Positions 26,401-39,541 of a DNA stretch of 64,000 nucleotides are shown here, piece by piece. Under the pieces are notes generated by a model that was not told the origin of the DNA, did not search any database, and saw only the letters and a list, made by a program, of their open reading frames with translations. This DNA is from the human T2T-CHM13v2.0 reference genome, Homo sapiens, in NCBI RefSeq assembly GCF_009914755.1, contig NC_060939.1; one strand, 5' to 3'. The number at the start of each line of letters is the position of its first letter. Positions within the stretch are counted from its first letter, which is position 1. The translations under genes were made by a program, and so were the position numbers.

Positions 26401-29400
26401 AACGTGAAGAATTACATTGGAAATTGGTTAGAGATTGTATTGGACCTATAGATTGATTTGAGTATGATGGTCATTTTAACAGTATTAACACTTCTAATTC
26501 AAAAAATGGGATAACCTTGTCTTTACTTGTATCTTTTCAATTGATTTTTATCAATGTTTTATAGTTTTCATTTTAGACGTCTTTATTTTGCCAGGCATTT
26601 TTTTTATAGCTATTTTCAATGGGGATTCCTTTTTCAGATAGTATGCTGTTGGGTATAGAAATGCAACTGATTTTTCTATGCTGATTTTGTATTCTAAAAC
26701 TTTACTGTATTCATTTACTGTTTCTGTTTTTCAGTATAGGGTCTTTTATACATATGACATGATCTATGTCATCTGCAAACAGGGACAATTTGACTTTCTT
26801 TTTGTTTTTCAATTTGGATGTCTTTTCTTTCTCTTTTCTAATTGCTCTAGCTAGGACTTCCAGTGCTATGTTGAAGAGAAGTTATTAAAGTGAACATCCT
26901 TGTCTTGTTCTTGATCTTAGAGACACAGTTTTCAATTTTTCCTTATTCAGTATCATGTTGGCTGTGGGTTATCACATATGGTCTTTATTTTATTGAGTTA
27001 TACTCTTTTTATAACTGATTTGTTAAGAGATCTTATGTTTACAAAAAACATTGAATTTTGTCAAATGCTTTTTCTGTATCTATTTAAATGATTATATGAT
27101 TTTTATCTTACCTTATCGAATGTGGTGTATCACATTTATTGATTTATATATCATAAGCCCTCCTTGCCTCCCTGGAACAAATACAGCCTGATTATGGTGA
27201 ATCATCTTTTTAATGTGCTTTCAAATTATGATTGCTAGCATTGCTGGTTTTGAATTTTTGCATTTATGTTCATCACTGATATTGGCCTGTAGTTTAGTTT
27301 TTCACTGTTCTTGTTGCATTTTGGAATAAGGTAATTCTGTCTTCATAGAATGAGTTTGGAAGAGTTTCCTCCTTTTCACTTTTTTTGGAACAGTTTGTAA
27401 ATAATTAGTATATGTTCCTCTTTAAATGTTTTGAAGAATTCAGCAGTATAAGCATTGGATCCTCGATTTTTATTTTCTTCTCCTTCCCTCCCTTCCTTCC
27501 TTCCTCCCTCCCTCCCTCCCGCTGTCTCTCTTTTCTTCCTCTTTCTTTCTTTCTTTCTTTCTTTTTCTTCTTCTTCTTAAATATTTTTGGTTTAGAGACA
27601 TGGTCTTTCTTTGTCACTCAGGCTGGAGTACAGTGGTGCAATCATAGCTCACTGCAGCCTCAAATTCCTGGTCTTAAGTGATCCTCCTGCCTCAGCCTCC
27701 CAAGTTGTTAGGACTGCAAGTGCACACCACTAAACCTGGATAATTTTTATTTTTATTTTTGTAAAGACTGGGTCTCACTATGTTCCCCAGGCTAATCTGG
27801 AAATTCTGGCTTCAAGTAATCCTCCTGCCTTGGCCTCCAAAGTGTGAGATGACATGTGTGAGACACTGTGCCAGCCCTCCAGATTTTCTTGTATTGAGAG
27901 ACAATGCTTCAATCTCTTTATTTGTTATTGGTCTGTTCGCATTTTGTATTTCTTAATTCTTCAACTTTGATAGGTTATATGTGTTCAGAAATGTATTTAT
28001 TTCTTCTACGTTTTCTAATTTATTGGCATATAATTTTAGTACTTTCTCATGATTCTTTGTATTTCTGTAGTAACCATTTTAATGTCTTTTTTCATCTCTC
28101 ATTTTATTTATGTGAATCTTCTCTCTTTTTTCTTAATCTGACTAAAGATATATCAATTGCGTTTATCTTTTCAAAAAATAACTTTTTATTTCATTGATCT
28201 TTCATATTTTTGTCTCCATTTTGTTTATTTGTGCTCTGGTCTTCATTATCTATATTCTTTTACCAATTTGGGGCTAAGTTTGTTCACGTTTCTATAATTC
28301 CTTGAAATGCATTCTTAAATTATTAATGAGAGTTTTCTTTCTTTCATATAGAAATTTATTTCTACAAACTTCCCTCTGAGGACTTTTTCTGCTGTATTTC
28401 GTAAGTTTTTATATGTTCTGATTTCATTTTCATTTGTCTTAAGAATTTTTAAAATGAAACAAAATTTATTTTTTAACCCATTGTTTGTTTAGGGGCACGT
28501 TGTTTAATTTGTATGTATTTGCACAATTTCTGAAGTTCTTGTTGTTTATTTCTAGTTTTATTCTATATTGTCAGAAAAGATGTGATATAATTTTGATTTT
28601 TTTTTGAATTTGCTAAGGCTCATTTTGTGCCTAGTATATGATCTATCATGGAAAATGTTCCATGCGCAGTAGAGAAGACTGTGAATTATGCAATTGTTGG
28701 ATAACATGTTCTGTAAATGACTGCTAAGTTATTTGGTCTAGAGTTCACTTTAAATATGATGTTTCTTTGTTGATTTTATGTCTTGATAATCTGTTTATTG
28801 CTGAAAGTAGAATGTTACTATTATTTTATTGCTTGCTGTTTCTCCTGTTAGATCTATTAACGTTTGTTTTATATATTTAGGTCCTTCAATATAGAGGGCA
28901 TATATATTTACAATTATATTATCTTGTGATATTGATCCCTTTATCATTATATAATGGCTGTATTTGTCTGTTTTTATAGGATTTTGTTTGAAGTATATGT
29001 TATCTGATATAAATATATCTATACTGGCTTTCTTTCGGTTTCCATATTTATAAAATATATTTTTCCATCTGATCACTTTCAATTTATGTGTGTATTTACA
29101 GATGAAGTGAATTTCCTGTAGAAAGTTTATAGTTAGGTCTTGTTTTTAATCAGTGTAGCCATTATATGTCTTAAATGGGATAATCCATTTACATACAAGA
29201 TAATTATTGATAGGCAAGGACTTGGTTCTGCCATATTATTACTTGTTTTCATGTTTTTTTTAATTTGTACTTTGATTGATTGATTTCTCTATCTTCCTTT
29301 GTGATTAAGTGCTTTACTCTATCAGTGTGTTTCGGTTTTTTTTTTTTTAATTTTTAGAGTATCTTTTAAAAGTTTTTGCTTTGTGGTTACCACAAGGCAT

Positions 29401-31395
29401 GCAAAGAACATTTTATGGTTACAATAAGTTATTTTAAAGAGATAGCAACTTAATTTTGATTCAAAAAGAGGGGAAAAGAAACCACTCTACTCTTTAACTC
29501 CATCACTCCCTCACATTTTGCATTTTTGATGTCTTAATTTACATCTTTGTATATTGCTAGTCCTTAACAAATTATTGTAATTATTATTATTTTATTTGTA
29601 TTGTTTTTTAACCTTCCTACTAAGGATATATAAGTGCTTTACATCCAATTATTACCATATTAGAGCATTCCAAATTTGTCTGAACCCTCACTTCTACCTG
29701 TGGGTTTATACCTTCAGATTTTTTGTGTTACATATTGCTGCCATTTTCTTTCAGTTTGGAGAACAATATTTAGCGTTTCTTGTAAGGCTGGTTTGATTAC
29801 AATGAATTCCTTTGCTTTTTGTTTGTCTGAGAATGTTTCAATCTCTCCTTTATTTCTAAATGATAGCTATGCTGGATACTTTATTCATGGTTGACAGTTT
29901 TTTTAATTCAGCACTTGAATCTATTATCCTACTCTCTCCTGGCCTGTAGTGCTTCTGCTGAGAAGTCTGCTGCCAGGCATATTGGAATTCTCTTATGTGT
30001 TGTTTCCCTTTTCTTAGTCCTTTCAGGGTCTTCTCTTTGTGTTTGACATTTGAGAGTTTAATTATAAAATGTCTTTGGTTGTCTTATTCAGATTAAATAT
30101 GATTGGGCACTTTGACCATCCTAAACATTTTAATCTTTCTCCAGGTTTAAAAAGTTTTCTGTTATTTCTTCGAATAAACTATCTCCTTTTCATTCTTAGT
30201 TCCCCTTTAACACCAATGATATGTAGATTTGCTCTTTTGTTGGTGTCCCACAAATCTCATAAACTTTCTTTGTTTCTTTTCATTCTTTTTTTCATTCTAC
30301 TCTGACCATGTATTTTCAAAGAGCCTGTCTTTGAGCTCACTGTTTCTTTCTTCTGCTTGATCAGTTCTTCGGTTGATGCCTTCCGTTGGATTTTCAATGT
30401 GTTAATTGAACTTTCCTGCTTCAGGATTTACATGTGATTTTTCCCATTATTTTGATTTCTTTGTTGAATTTCTCTGGTAAATTTCTGAATTATGTCTCTG
30501 CTTTCTCAGTGTTCAGGCTCTTCTTAAAACAGCCATTTTGAATTCTTTGCCTGCCAGATCATTCATCTGTATGTCTTTAAGTTCAGTTGCTGACACCTTG
30601 TTTTGTCCATTTGGAGAGGCAACTTTTCCTAAGCTATCATTATTATATGTAGATATACATCTCTGTCTACACATTGATGAATTAGATATTTATTTGTGTC
30701 TTCTCAGTCTGGGTTTGTTTGTGACTACTTTTAAGTGGGCTTATTAGGAAATGTTGAGCGGACTTACCATCGTATTCCATTTTAGCATTAGAGAGAGTCC
30801 AAATCCCACGTTAGACATAAGTCTTCCAATGGCTCCACCACTGCTGCAACATTTGCTGGATGGGCCCATGGGTGATCCACAGGGAGCCCCTGGCTATGGG
30901 GGAGAACAAGTCAGGCCGTCAAGCGTGTAGTCTGTGTATTATGTTTCACATGGTGGCTGTTGCTGGCCCCACCTCCTCTTACGTCCTTAACATGCCTCAG
31001 GTGGTTCATCCCTTTTGGCACTCATGGTGCCACTTGTGGGCTGATACAGGAGTGAGTCTACTGTGAAGGCACTCAGTATAGTGGAAAAAACAAATATCAA
31101 CCTCCTGCTGACTTTTTTCAGTGTAAAAACTATAAGCCCTATGGGAGTTTCTGCAGATGGTACCATAATGGCCTGAGGGAGGAGTATCACAGTCACAGAG
31201 TATTGGTTCTCTCACTCTGTAAGCCATGGTTTTACCCATCTTCACAGGCCAAAGGTGCTTCATAACCTTGTTCATGTATTGAGGTTCTGTTGGCTCTTGT
31301 AATGGTAATTTCACATGTGGACAGTTGTTCATATTGATGTTTCTATAGGGGTATGATAGCTGGAGAGGTCTGCACCACTGTCTTGCTCTGCCTCG
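26401..31395 (-). mobile_element. Old L1M (5'UTR, ORF1 and part of ORF2; ~5 kb), interrupted by an Alu
   Basis: T-rich reverse L1 ORF2 motifs (GATCTATGTCATCTGCAAACAGGGACAATTTGAC, TCATAGAATGAGTTTGGAAG); ORF 28795..29082 has an endonuclease-like HYIMIKGSI...NIYA; L1M 5'-end-like sequence near 31320-31390. Confidence 0.85.
27470..27877 (-). mobile_element. AluJ with tail expanded into (CCTT)n/(CTTT)n microsatellite
   Basis: Polypyrimidine tract 27470-27580, then GAGACATGGTCT...CAGGCTGGAGTACAGTGGTGCAATCATAGCTCACTGCAGCCTC. Confidence 0.88.
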
Positions 31396-32087
31396 ATCAT
31401 TATTTTTTTCTAACAAGAATTTGTCTCCTCCTAGTTTTTCTTTTTCTCTTAACCGACCTAGGTATAGCCTTTTAATCCTTCTCCCTCCTCTGCTTCTAAT
31501 GTCATTGCTTCTTTGTATGCCTATCATATCTACATGCTACATGACCTTCAGCTGGTTATGTATAATATATAAGACTTAATATCCTATAAAATAGAGGTAA
31601 TAATAGCATCTACTTGATAGGAAAGTTAAGAATATTAAATGACACCATTGATGTTAAATGGAGGTAACTTTCTGAAATGTATTAATGAGACATGATTCTT
31701 TGTTCTAGTCCACTTCATAGACTAGACTACTTTGTTTGAGTTTTCTCTTTTCAGTCAGAGAAAGCAATAAAATTGTAATGGTAAAAATTAAATAAAATTT
31801 AACTTAAAATTGTGTTCTGGTCTTCTCATTGTTCAGCCGTGGAAAGCAATAAAATTGTGATAGCAGAAATTAAAAGTGAGCAGAGACTTATTTAAAAATT
31901 GGTATTCTCCTTTTCAATGCCAAAATAAGAACTAGAAACTTTTAATAAGGCAACAGTCTGAAGAAACAATTTATTGAAGAGAATATGGGTTTCTAAATCC
32001 TAACAAGTTTTTTTACGTATGTGAGTCAAGTTTGGCTGCCTTGAATCCTATTATGACTTTAATGGAAGTTCTAGTTAGGGTGGAAAG

Positions 32088-32580
32088 TGTCAAAGAAAAC
32101 AGTTGCACCAGACAAAGTTAAACACATAAAAAAGCTGTTATTGAAGACTATTGCAAAAGGGCAAAGAGGCCAGAACTTAGTCTGAACTCAGCTCCGCTGA
32201 AACAAACAGCAGTAGAGATTTTAAGAGCCAGGATGAGGGGGAGATCATAGACCACTTGTCTTTGATAGTTGTCTTTTTCCAAAGGAATATTAAACTATCT
32301 TTCATCTTTATGACAGAAGGTGATTTTACAAATTAGAGGAATATGCCCACCAAAATTTGGCTCTTACTCTCTCATGGAGTCTGGGAGATAATGGTGTTAT
32401 CTTTTTTGAGAATTACATTTCAAAGGGATGGCTCTGAGGTCCTTGAAATGGACATTTCTGAAGTGTAAAACTGGCACGTGGGCTCTTAGAAAGATTTATC
32501 AAAGAGGCAGAGAAAGAATTTACAATGATAACATTTCTAAAATATGCTAAAGAAAAAAAGAGGTGAGGAGCCAAGAATCA
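32088..32580 (-). mobile_element. ERV1-class LTR-like fragment
   Basis: TGTCAAAGAAAAC...GAAGACTATTGCAA...CTGAACTCAGCTCCGCTGAAACAAA resembles MER4-group LTRs; family not identified. Confidence 0.4.
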
Positions 32581-33199
32581 GAAATAATCCTGTCTAAAAT
32601 TTTATCAAACTGAGGGGATGGCTTTAGTCAAAGGTTTAGTGTAAGGGGAATTTCTATGAAGAAGAGGAAGAGAAGAGCTTTTAACTACACAGGAAGAAGA
32701 AAGTTCCCAGGAGATGTGACTATGGCTCTGCCTGTGTCTCTGATCAGGTATTCAGCCCCAACATCCTCCTGGGACTCGCTCAAACAGATGGATAGGAAAA
32801 AATAGACAGTTAAAGAAAGATGAGAAAATATGCAGGCTGGTGTCTTACTTCTCTAGTGCACATAGGGTGTCCCAGGAATGACAGAGTGGCAGGACAGGGG
32901 GAAGTGCCTGAGAGATCAGTTCCCTTACTCTCAGCCTGTGAGTGCTGTCTGAAAAGCCAGTCTCTCCAAGCTTGGTGGAAGGGGGACTCACACCTGGTTT
33001 GACAGGACCAGTGGAGGCCCCTGGTGGGACATGCTGGCCTCAGAATGTGAGGTCTTGGAGGCTAGAGGAAAATGGCAGTGGGTGACCAGAAACTTCATCA
33101 CTGAGTGCCAATACATGCAAAATCAAAGAGAAGATGAGCCATGTCAGCAGATATCAGTGAAGAATGCCCAGAGAAGACTCCACTGACCATACACAGCAC

Positions 33200-36100
33200 A
33201 GACCAGCCTGTTCCAGAGGACAGTGCAAATGGCACGCCACAGCAACAGAGGCGACTTCGACCCCGCCCACGCCATCAGCAGCTCGGACCCTAGGGTCAGA
33301 TACCACCACAGAGGCTAATTCCAGTGGTCGCCCCGCATATCAGGAAGACGGGAACCTGCACTCAGCACCATCCCCGTGGCTGCACAGGGCCCAGGACTCG
33401 TAACCCGGCGCTCTGGTTGCGGGCCAAGAAAGAGCGTAACCTAGGGTGGCATGTCGGTGAACTCGGCGACCCTCTGACAACCTGGGAGCAGCCCCAACAG
33501 CCTCAGTTGTGGGCTCAGCTGCAACTGCCACCTGCCGATGGTGCACGGGAGCAGCAGCGGCAACCCTCGACCCTGTCCCCGCCACCAGCAGCACGGACAG
33601 CAGGGCCAGATAGCGCCGCGGCGCCTAAGACCTTAGGCCACGCAGCTGCAGGAGGACGTGAAACGGGCGCTGACCGCCCCCCAGAAGCTATGCAATCCCC
33701 AGCGCAGGCGAGTCCTCACTCTGGGCGCGGGCCAAAGATCAGACACTACGATGAAAGGACGGTGAACTTGGTGACCCTGAGGTTCGCAATGGGTTTAGCA
33801 GCAGCTGCCAACTGCAACCAACCCTGACCCTGCCCGCGTCACCAGCAGCAGTAACCCAGGGCCAGATGCCGCCTCAGCGGCTAATTCAGGTAATCGTCCT
33901 CCAGCTGCAGCAGGGCGGAAATCCGCTGCTCAGCCCCACCTCGGCGGCTGCACAGAGCCCAGCGCCCGCACAACCCGCTCTTGGTAAGGGCAAAGGAAGA
34001 GCGGACCTAGGGTGGGAGGACCCTGCACTCCCTGACCCTCAGGCCGTCTGGGGCCAGCCCTGCCAGCCTCTGTCTAAAGCTACGCTGCAACTGCTACCTG
34101 CTCATGGCGCGCAGCGGTGGCAAACCCGGACTCCGCCCGCCGACACCAGCGGCCTCGAAACCCTAGAGACAGACTCCACCTAGTGGCCAAAATCAGGCAG
34201 TCGGCCCACAGCTGTAGGAGAGCGGGAACCTGCCCTTCAGCGGATTCCTGGAGGCTGCACAGTGCCCAGCGCCAGCCACCCGGATCTGGGCGCGGGCAAA
34301 TGACCCTCAGGCCGTCTGAGACCGGACCAGCCCTGCAGCCTCAGCGGTGGGCTCAGGGGCGACTGCCACGTGCACATGGTGAACTATAGCAGCTGTGGCA
34401 GCCCCCGACCCTGTGCAAGCCACCGGCAGTGCGGACCCCATGACCAAAAGCCGCCGCGGCGCATAACTCAGGCGGTCGGCCCCCCAGCAGCCAGAGGGCG
34501 GAAACTTGCAGCTTAGCCCATCCCAGCGCCTGCACTGTGCTCAGCGCCTGCAATCCCACTCTCTGGGAGCGGGCAAGGAAGACTGGACCTTAGGGTGGGA
34601 GGGCGGTGCATTCGGGGACCCTCAAGGCTTCTGGAATAAGCCCTTCCAGCCTCCGCTGCGGGTTCAGCTGCAGCTGCCAGCTGCACACTCCTGGAAGCAG
34701 CAGCGGTGGCAGCTCTGGTCTCTGCCAGCTCCAGCAGCAGCGCGGACCGCCGAGCCAGAGGTCACTGCGGCGCCTGTTAGGAGGTTGGCCTCTCAGCTGC
34801 AGGAGGGCGGGAATCTGCACCCAACCAGATCCTCATGGCTGCACAGTGTCCAACGCCCACGACCCTGCAATTTGGGCGCCGGCCTAGGAATAACGGACCC
34901 TGGGGTGGAAGGGCGGTGCACTCAGCCACCCTTAGGCAACCTCAGACCAGCCCTGACAGCATCTGCCTGGGACTCAGCTGCAGCTGGCACCTGCGCATGG
35001 CGCACGGCAGTAGTAGTGGCAGCCCTGACCCTGCCCTCAGACACCAGCAGCAAAGACCCTAGGGCCGGATGCCTCCAAGGCATCTAAGTCAGGTGGTCGG
35101 TCCCATAGCGCTGGGGATTGCAGCGGTCGCCCGCTGCAGCGGGGCGGAAATCGGCTGCTCAGCCCCATAGCAGCTGTGGCAGCCCTCATCTCTGTCCATG
35201 CCACCAGTAGCACGTACCCCAGGGTCAGATACTGCGGTGGCGCCTAATTCAGACTGTAGCTGCAGCAGGGCAGGACTCCGCCGCTCAGCCCCATCCTGGA
35301 GGCTGCTCAGAGTCTAGCGCTCGTACACCGCGTCCTGGGAGCAGGCTAAGGAAGAGCAGACCCTAGGGTGGTAGGGCGATGCACCCAGAGACCCTCAGGG
35401 TGTCTGGGACCAGCCCTGCCGGTCTCTGCCACGCGCTCAGCTGCAGCTACCACCGCCAGGTGGCTCCCGGCAGCAGCGGTGGAAATCCCGCTGACCTTGC
35501 CCGCCGCCAACAGCAGTGAGGATACCACGGCTGGATCCCTTGCCAGGGCGGGAACCTGCCGCTCAGCATATTCTGGGCAGCTGCACAGGGCCCAGCGCCT
35601 GAAACCCCGGGCTCTGGGCTCGGCCCAAGGAAGAGTGGACCCTAGGCTGGGAGGGCGGTGCACTCGGCGATCCTCACGCTTTCTAGGACCAACCCTGCCG
35701 GCGTCTACTGAGAACTCAGCTACAGCTGCCACCTGTACAAGGGCGCCGCAGCAGCAGAGCAACCGGGCACTTTGCCTGCACCACTAAGAGCCAGGACACC
35801 GGGGACAACGCCGCCTCAGCGCCTAATTCAGGCACTCAGCCCAGCAGCTGCAGCAGGGCAGCAACCTTTGCCCTCGGCCGAAGCACCTTGGCTGCACAGT
35901 TCCCGGTGCCCGCGACCCGGAACTCTGGGCGCAGGCAAAAGAAGAGCGTACACTAGGCTGGGACAGTGGTCCACTCCATGACCCTGAGGCTGTCTGGGAA
36001 ACTCCTTGTCAGGTGATGGGCCCAGCTGCAGCAGCCAGCTGCACATGGCGCGCGCAGCAGCCTTGGAGGCAACCCCAGACCAGGCTCCTACACCAGCCAG

Positions 36101-36570
36101 GCGGATCCCAGGGCCAGACGCCGCCCACCGGCTAATTCAGCTGGTCAGACCCCAGCTGCAGGAGGGCGGGAGCCGGCCGCTCAGCCATTTCCTGGCTGCT
36201 GCCCTGTACCCAGCGCTTGCACACCCCGCTGTGGGCTCCGGCAAGAAAGAGCTGACTCTAGGGTGAAAGGGCCCTGCACTCAGAGACCCCCAGGCTGTCT
36301 GGGACCAGCCCTGCCTGCCTCTGATGTAGGTTCAGCTGCAGTGGTAACCTGCACAAGGCGCGCAGCAGCAGCTGTGGCAAACTCCGACCCTGCCAGTGCC
36401 ACCAGCAGTGCGGACCCTTGGGCCAGAAGCCTCCACAGCGCCTAAGTCAGGGTGTTGGTCCCCAGCTGCAGGAGGGCAGGAACTGGCACTCAGCCCCACC
36501 TCAGAGGCTGCATGATGCCCAGAGCCAGGGCCCAGCTCTTCTAGCGCAGGTTGTGGAGGGGCCAGGGGCC
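33200..36570. repeat. CpG-rich diverged tandem array, ~310-bp unit, ~12 copies
   Basis: The anchor GACCCTGCC..GCCACCAGCAGC recurs at ~33259, 33568, 33825, 34128, 34406, 34717, 35026, 35187, 35492, 35766, 36077 and 36385. Each unit also has CAGCTGCAGGAGGGCGGGAA, GGCTGCACAG and CCTAGGGTGGGAGG variants. Confidence 0.88.
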
Positions 36571-36850
36571 ACCCAGACTGGAGGGCAGTGTCATGATCAC
36601 AGCTCACTGAAGCCTCAACCTCCCAGTTTCAAGCTATCGTCTCACCTCAGCCTCCTGAGTAGCTGGTAGCTGGGACTGCAGGCGGGTGCCATCATGTCTG
36701 GCTATTATATTTTATATACATTTTGGAGAGACAGTGTCTCACCATGTTGCCCAGCAGGTCTTGAACGCCTGGAGTTCAAGCGATCCTCCCAACTTGACCT
36801 TCCTCAGTGGTGGTGGTGGGATTATATGTGTGAGCCACTGTGCCCTACCT
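36568..36850 (-). mobile_element. AluJ lacking its tail, fused to the array
   Basis: Starts directly at CACCCAGACTGGAGGGCAGTGTCATGATCACAGCTCACTG; no poly(T) precedes it. Confidence 0.85.
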
Positions 36851-36854
36851 GCCG

Positions 36855-37030
36855 CTTTTCTTATAAGGATACTTGTCATTGGATTTAGGGCCCATCCTAA
36901 TCCAAGATGAGATGCCCTCATCTCGAGGTGCTGGATTTAATTACATCTGCAGATTGTTTTCCAAATAAAGGTACATTCACATGTTCCAGGTAGACATATC
37001 TTTTGATAGACCACCATGCAATCCACTCTA
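36855..37030 (-). mobile_element. MLT1 (MaLR) LTR fragment
   Basis: TTCTTATAAGGATACTTGTCATTGGATTTAGGGCCCATCCTAATCCAAGATGA...TTAATTACATCTGCA...TTTCCAAATAAAGGT. Confidence 0.8.
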
Positions 37031-38935
37031 GGAGTATTAAAGTGCCAGTGTGGACCGAGGCACCAAAGAATCACATTATTATGTCATATAACTTGCCTTA
37101 TTTGTAGTGACCCGTGGGCTTGGAAACAGAACCATTTGCAGCTGTCAGGGAAGTGCACAGTGCCTGACCTTTCCCGCAGCCTCCTCCCCACTGGGCTTCC
37201 GTGAGAGGATCACCCCTTGGAGTGTCCAGAGATTCCTGTTAAATGCTAAAGACCACAGGAGAGTTTGGGCGGGGGAAGATGTTTGGGGAGCAACTTAGTT
37301 GTCCTGAGGTGCCCATCACCCTTCACCGTTTCAGCAATATGGATCTTCCAAGGATCTGGGAATGGGAACCAGGCATAAGACAGATACATGTGAGTGAGAA
37401 GAGGCCAGAGTCTTTCTCTGTGTAGGCACCATCCAGCCCAAGATGAGCATTGTTCCAGAAACACATGCACTCATGATGCTAAACCCAATCTATTGAGGAC
37501 TTAATACAAACTGTGATTTTTTTAAGCATTTAATTCTTACCACAGTCCTTTGTCATCTTATTATCTCCATTTTACAGATAAAGAAACAGGCACAGAGGGT
37601 TTAAGTAACATGTACAAGGTCACACAATCACAACTAGTAAAGCCAGGATTAAAGTCCAGTCAGTCTGCATTCAAAGCCTGTGCTCCTGCCCCAAAATGAC
37701 AAGTAATGACTTAAAGGCAAGAAAAACACACTCTCCTCTACCCACCATCCTCATACAGACTTCCAGCCCAGGATCTAAACCATTCATTCATTTGCTCTCA
37801 TATTCATTCATTCATTCATTCAGTTCTTCATCACACATTTAGTGAAGCTCTGTCATGGAATGTCCAAACAGAAGGTACAAAAATGAGGCAGGTATATTTT
37901 CTCCCATCTAAAGGGGGATGACCACGTGAAGAGAACTGATGGGCTGTGTGTCCCATGGCCTTACAGGGCAGTGGTGGAGGGTGGCCCAGGTCATCCACTC
38001 TCTGGGGAGGCAGAACCAGAAGCACCAGTTGGACAACTGCTAAAGAGATGTTTGTGCAGCCTCATATGTTAAGTCCTATATTTTGAAAGCTTTTTAAATT
38101 TTTTCTTTAAGATTTTAGATGCTTACCACTGAGTACCAGAGGGATGTAGCCTGATGCCCTTATCAACAAAGTCAGGGATGGTGGCACACAAGGTTTGACT
38201 ACTGCATACACGGTCACAGTGCTACCCCCAGATAGCCTGATTTCCCTGCCTTCTCTGGTGGGGAGAAGGGCTGGCAGAGCCATTAGCATGGGCTTCAGCC
38301 AATCCTGGCCACTTTGATGCTCCTGGTGCTGACCCAGGGTCCTGGAGGATGGGCTGAGGCGGCGGGGTAGAGATGTTCAGGGCAGTGGCCCCTTTCCATC
38401 CACACTGGAACTATTTCAGTATTTTACCACCAATTCGGCTATTCCCTTATCGGCTGGCTGAACATCGGCCCTGCTCCAGGTCTCAGTTTCCCCTTTGTAA
38501 AGGGAAAGCCCTGGATTCAGGGGTGACTAGGTCATCATGGTCTTGAGATTCCAGGCCTGTAGGCAGGGGGAGAGAGGTTCACTAGGAGTGCAGAAGACCA
38601 AGGTTGGGGAGAGGCAGAGGAGAGAGTGGCCTCCCTTTGGCCCAGGTGGGAGATTCACAGAGACAACCTTCCTTCTTCTCCAAGGCAGGACCTGTTAACA
38701 GTGAGCTTCAGGCAGTCTGGCACTTGGGACTAACTAGGATGTCACCCTCCCTGCAGCCTCCACTCCATAGACAACATGAGAGGAGTGTGTAAGTATAACT
38801 AGGAACAGGCTAGTGTCCTGATATTCTCTGTGATAGAGGGGACAGCCCTCCTCAGAGACCCGGGGGAGCCCAGAACCATGGACAGCCTGAACACACTTTA
38901 CTTTCTCAGCAGTGGCAACCAGAACCCTGGCCTAC

Positions 38936-39541
38936 TAAAGCCGAAATTAAAAGGAGAAAAACCTAAATTCCTGCCTGTACCAGGCTGACTCACATCAAGG
39001 CCCTGCTAGGACTAAGCTAACTTTATATACAAGGCCAAGCAGAGCCCAGAAGGAATGGACTCCAGGAACAGGGATGAGAAGAACAAGTTCTTCTTATCAG
39101 CTTCCCCCTTTGAGATTCTTTCCTAGGCCAGTATGTCTTTGCTCTGCTCTCATAACTATTTTTGTAACTATTTCTGTAAGTTTGTAAGGATTTTGTAAGT
39201 TCCTGTTTTCCATCTGTGCAACACTGAGAAGGTCACAAGACATGTCTGAGCAAGCCTAAAATAGTAACCATCTGCTGAGGGCCTGCTGGACGGCCCAGCA
39301 GAGGTCACCAGGCATGTTTGAGTCATACACCTGTCACTGTTTGATTAACTGCCTTTGTTCTGCTTCTGTAAGCTTGCTAAGCCCACCCTGTGAGTTTCAC
39401 GCAGCTGCATGCTTAAAAACCAGGCCCCATCTTTGTTCCAGGCTCAGCCTTTTGGATGCGAATCTACTAGGCCAGTGGCCACTTTAATAAAATCCTCCTG
39501 TCTCATCCATTGGTCTCTCCAGTCTCTTGAATCCCGCAACA
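38936..39541 (+). mobile_element. Solo ERV1 LTR, HERV3-related (LTR4/LTR61/LTR76-like)
   Basis: Ends in TCCCGCAACA; AATAAA at ~39486; TGACTCA at ~38986; internal GATGAGAAGAACAAGTTC..CTTATCAG and AACTATTTTTGTAACTATTTCTG; 4-bp TSD CTAC at 38932-38935 and 39542-39545. Confidence 0.8.

Noticed and set aside
33164-36669. Many ORFs in the 310-bp array
   Set aside because: No frame is maintained across units; indels break the periodicity at protein level
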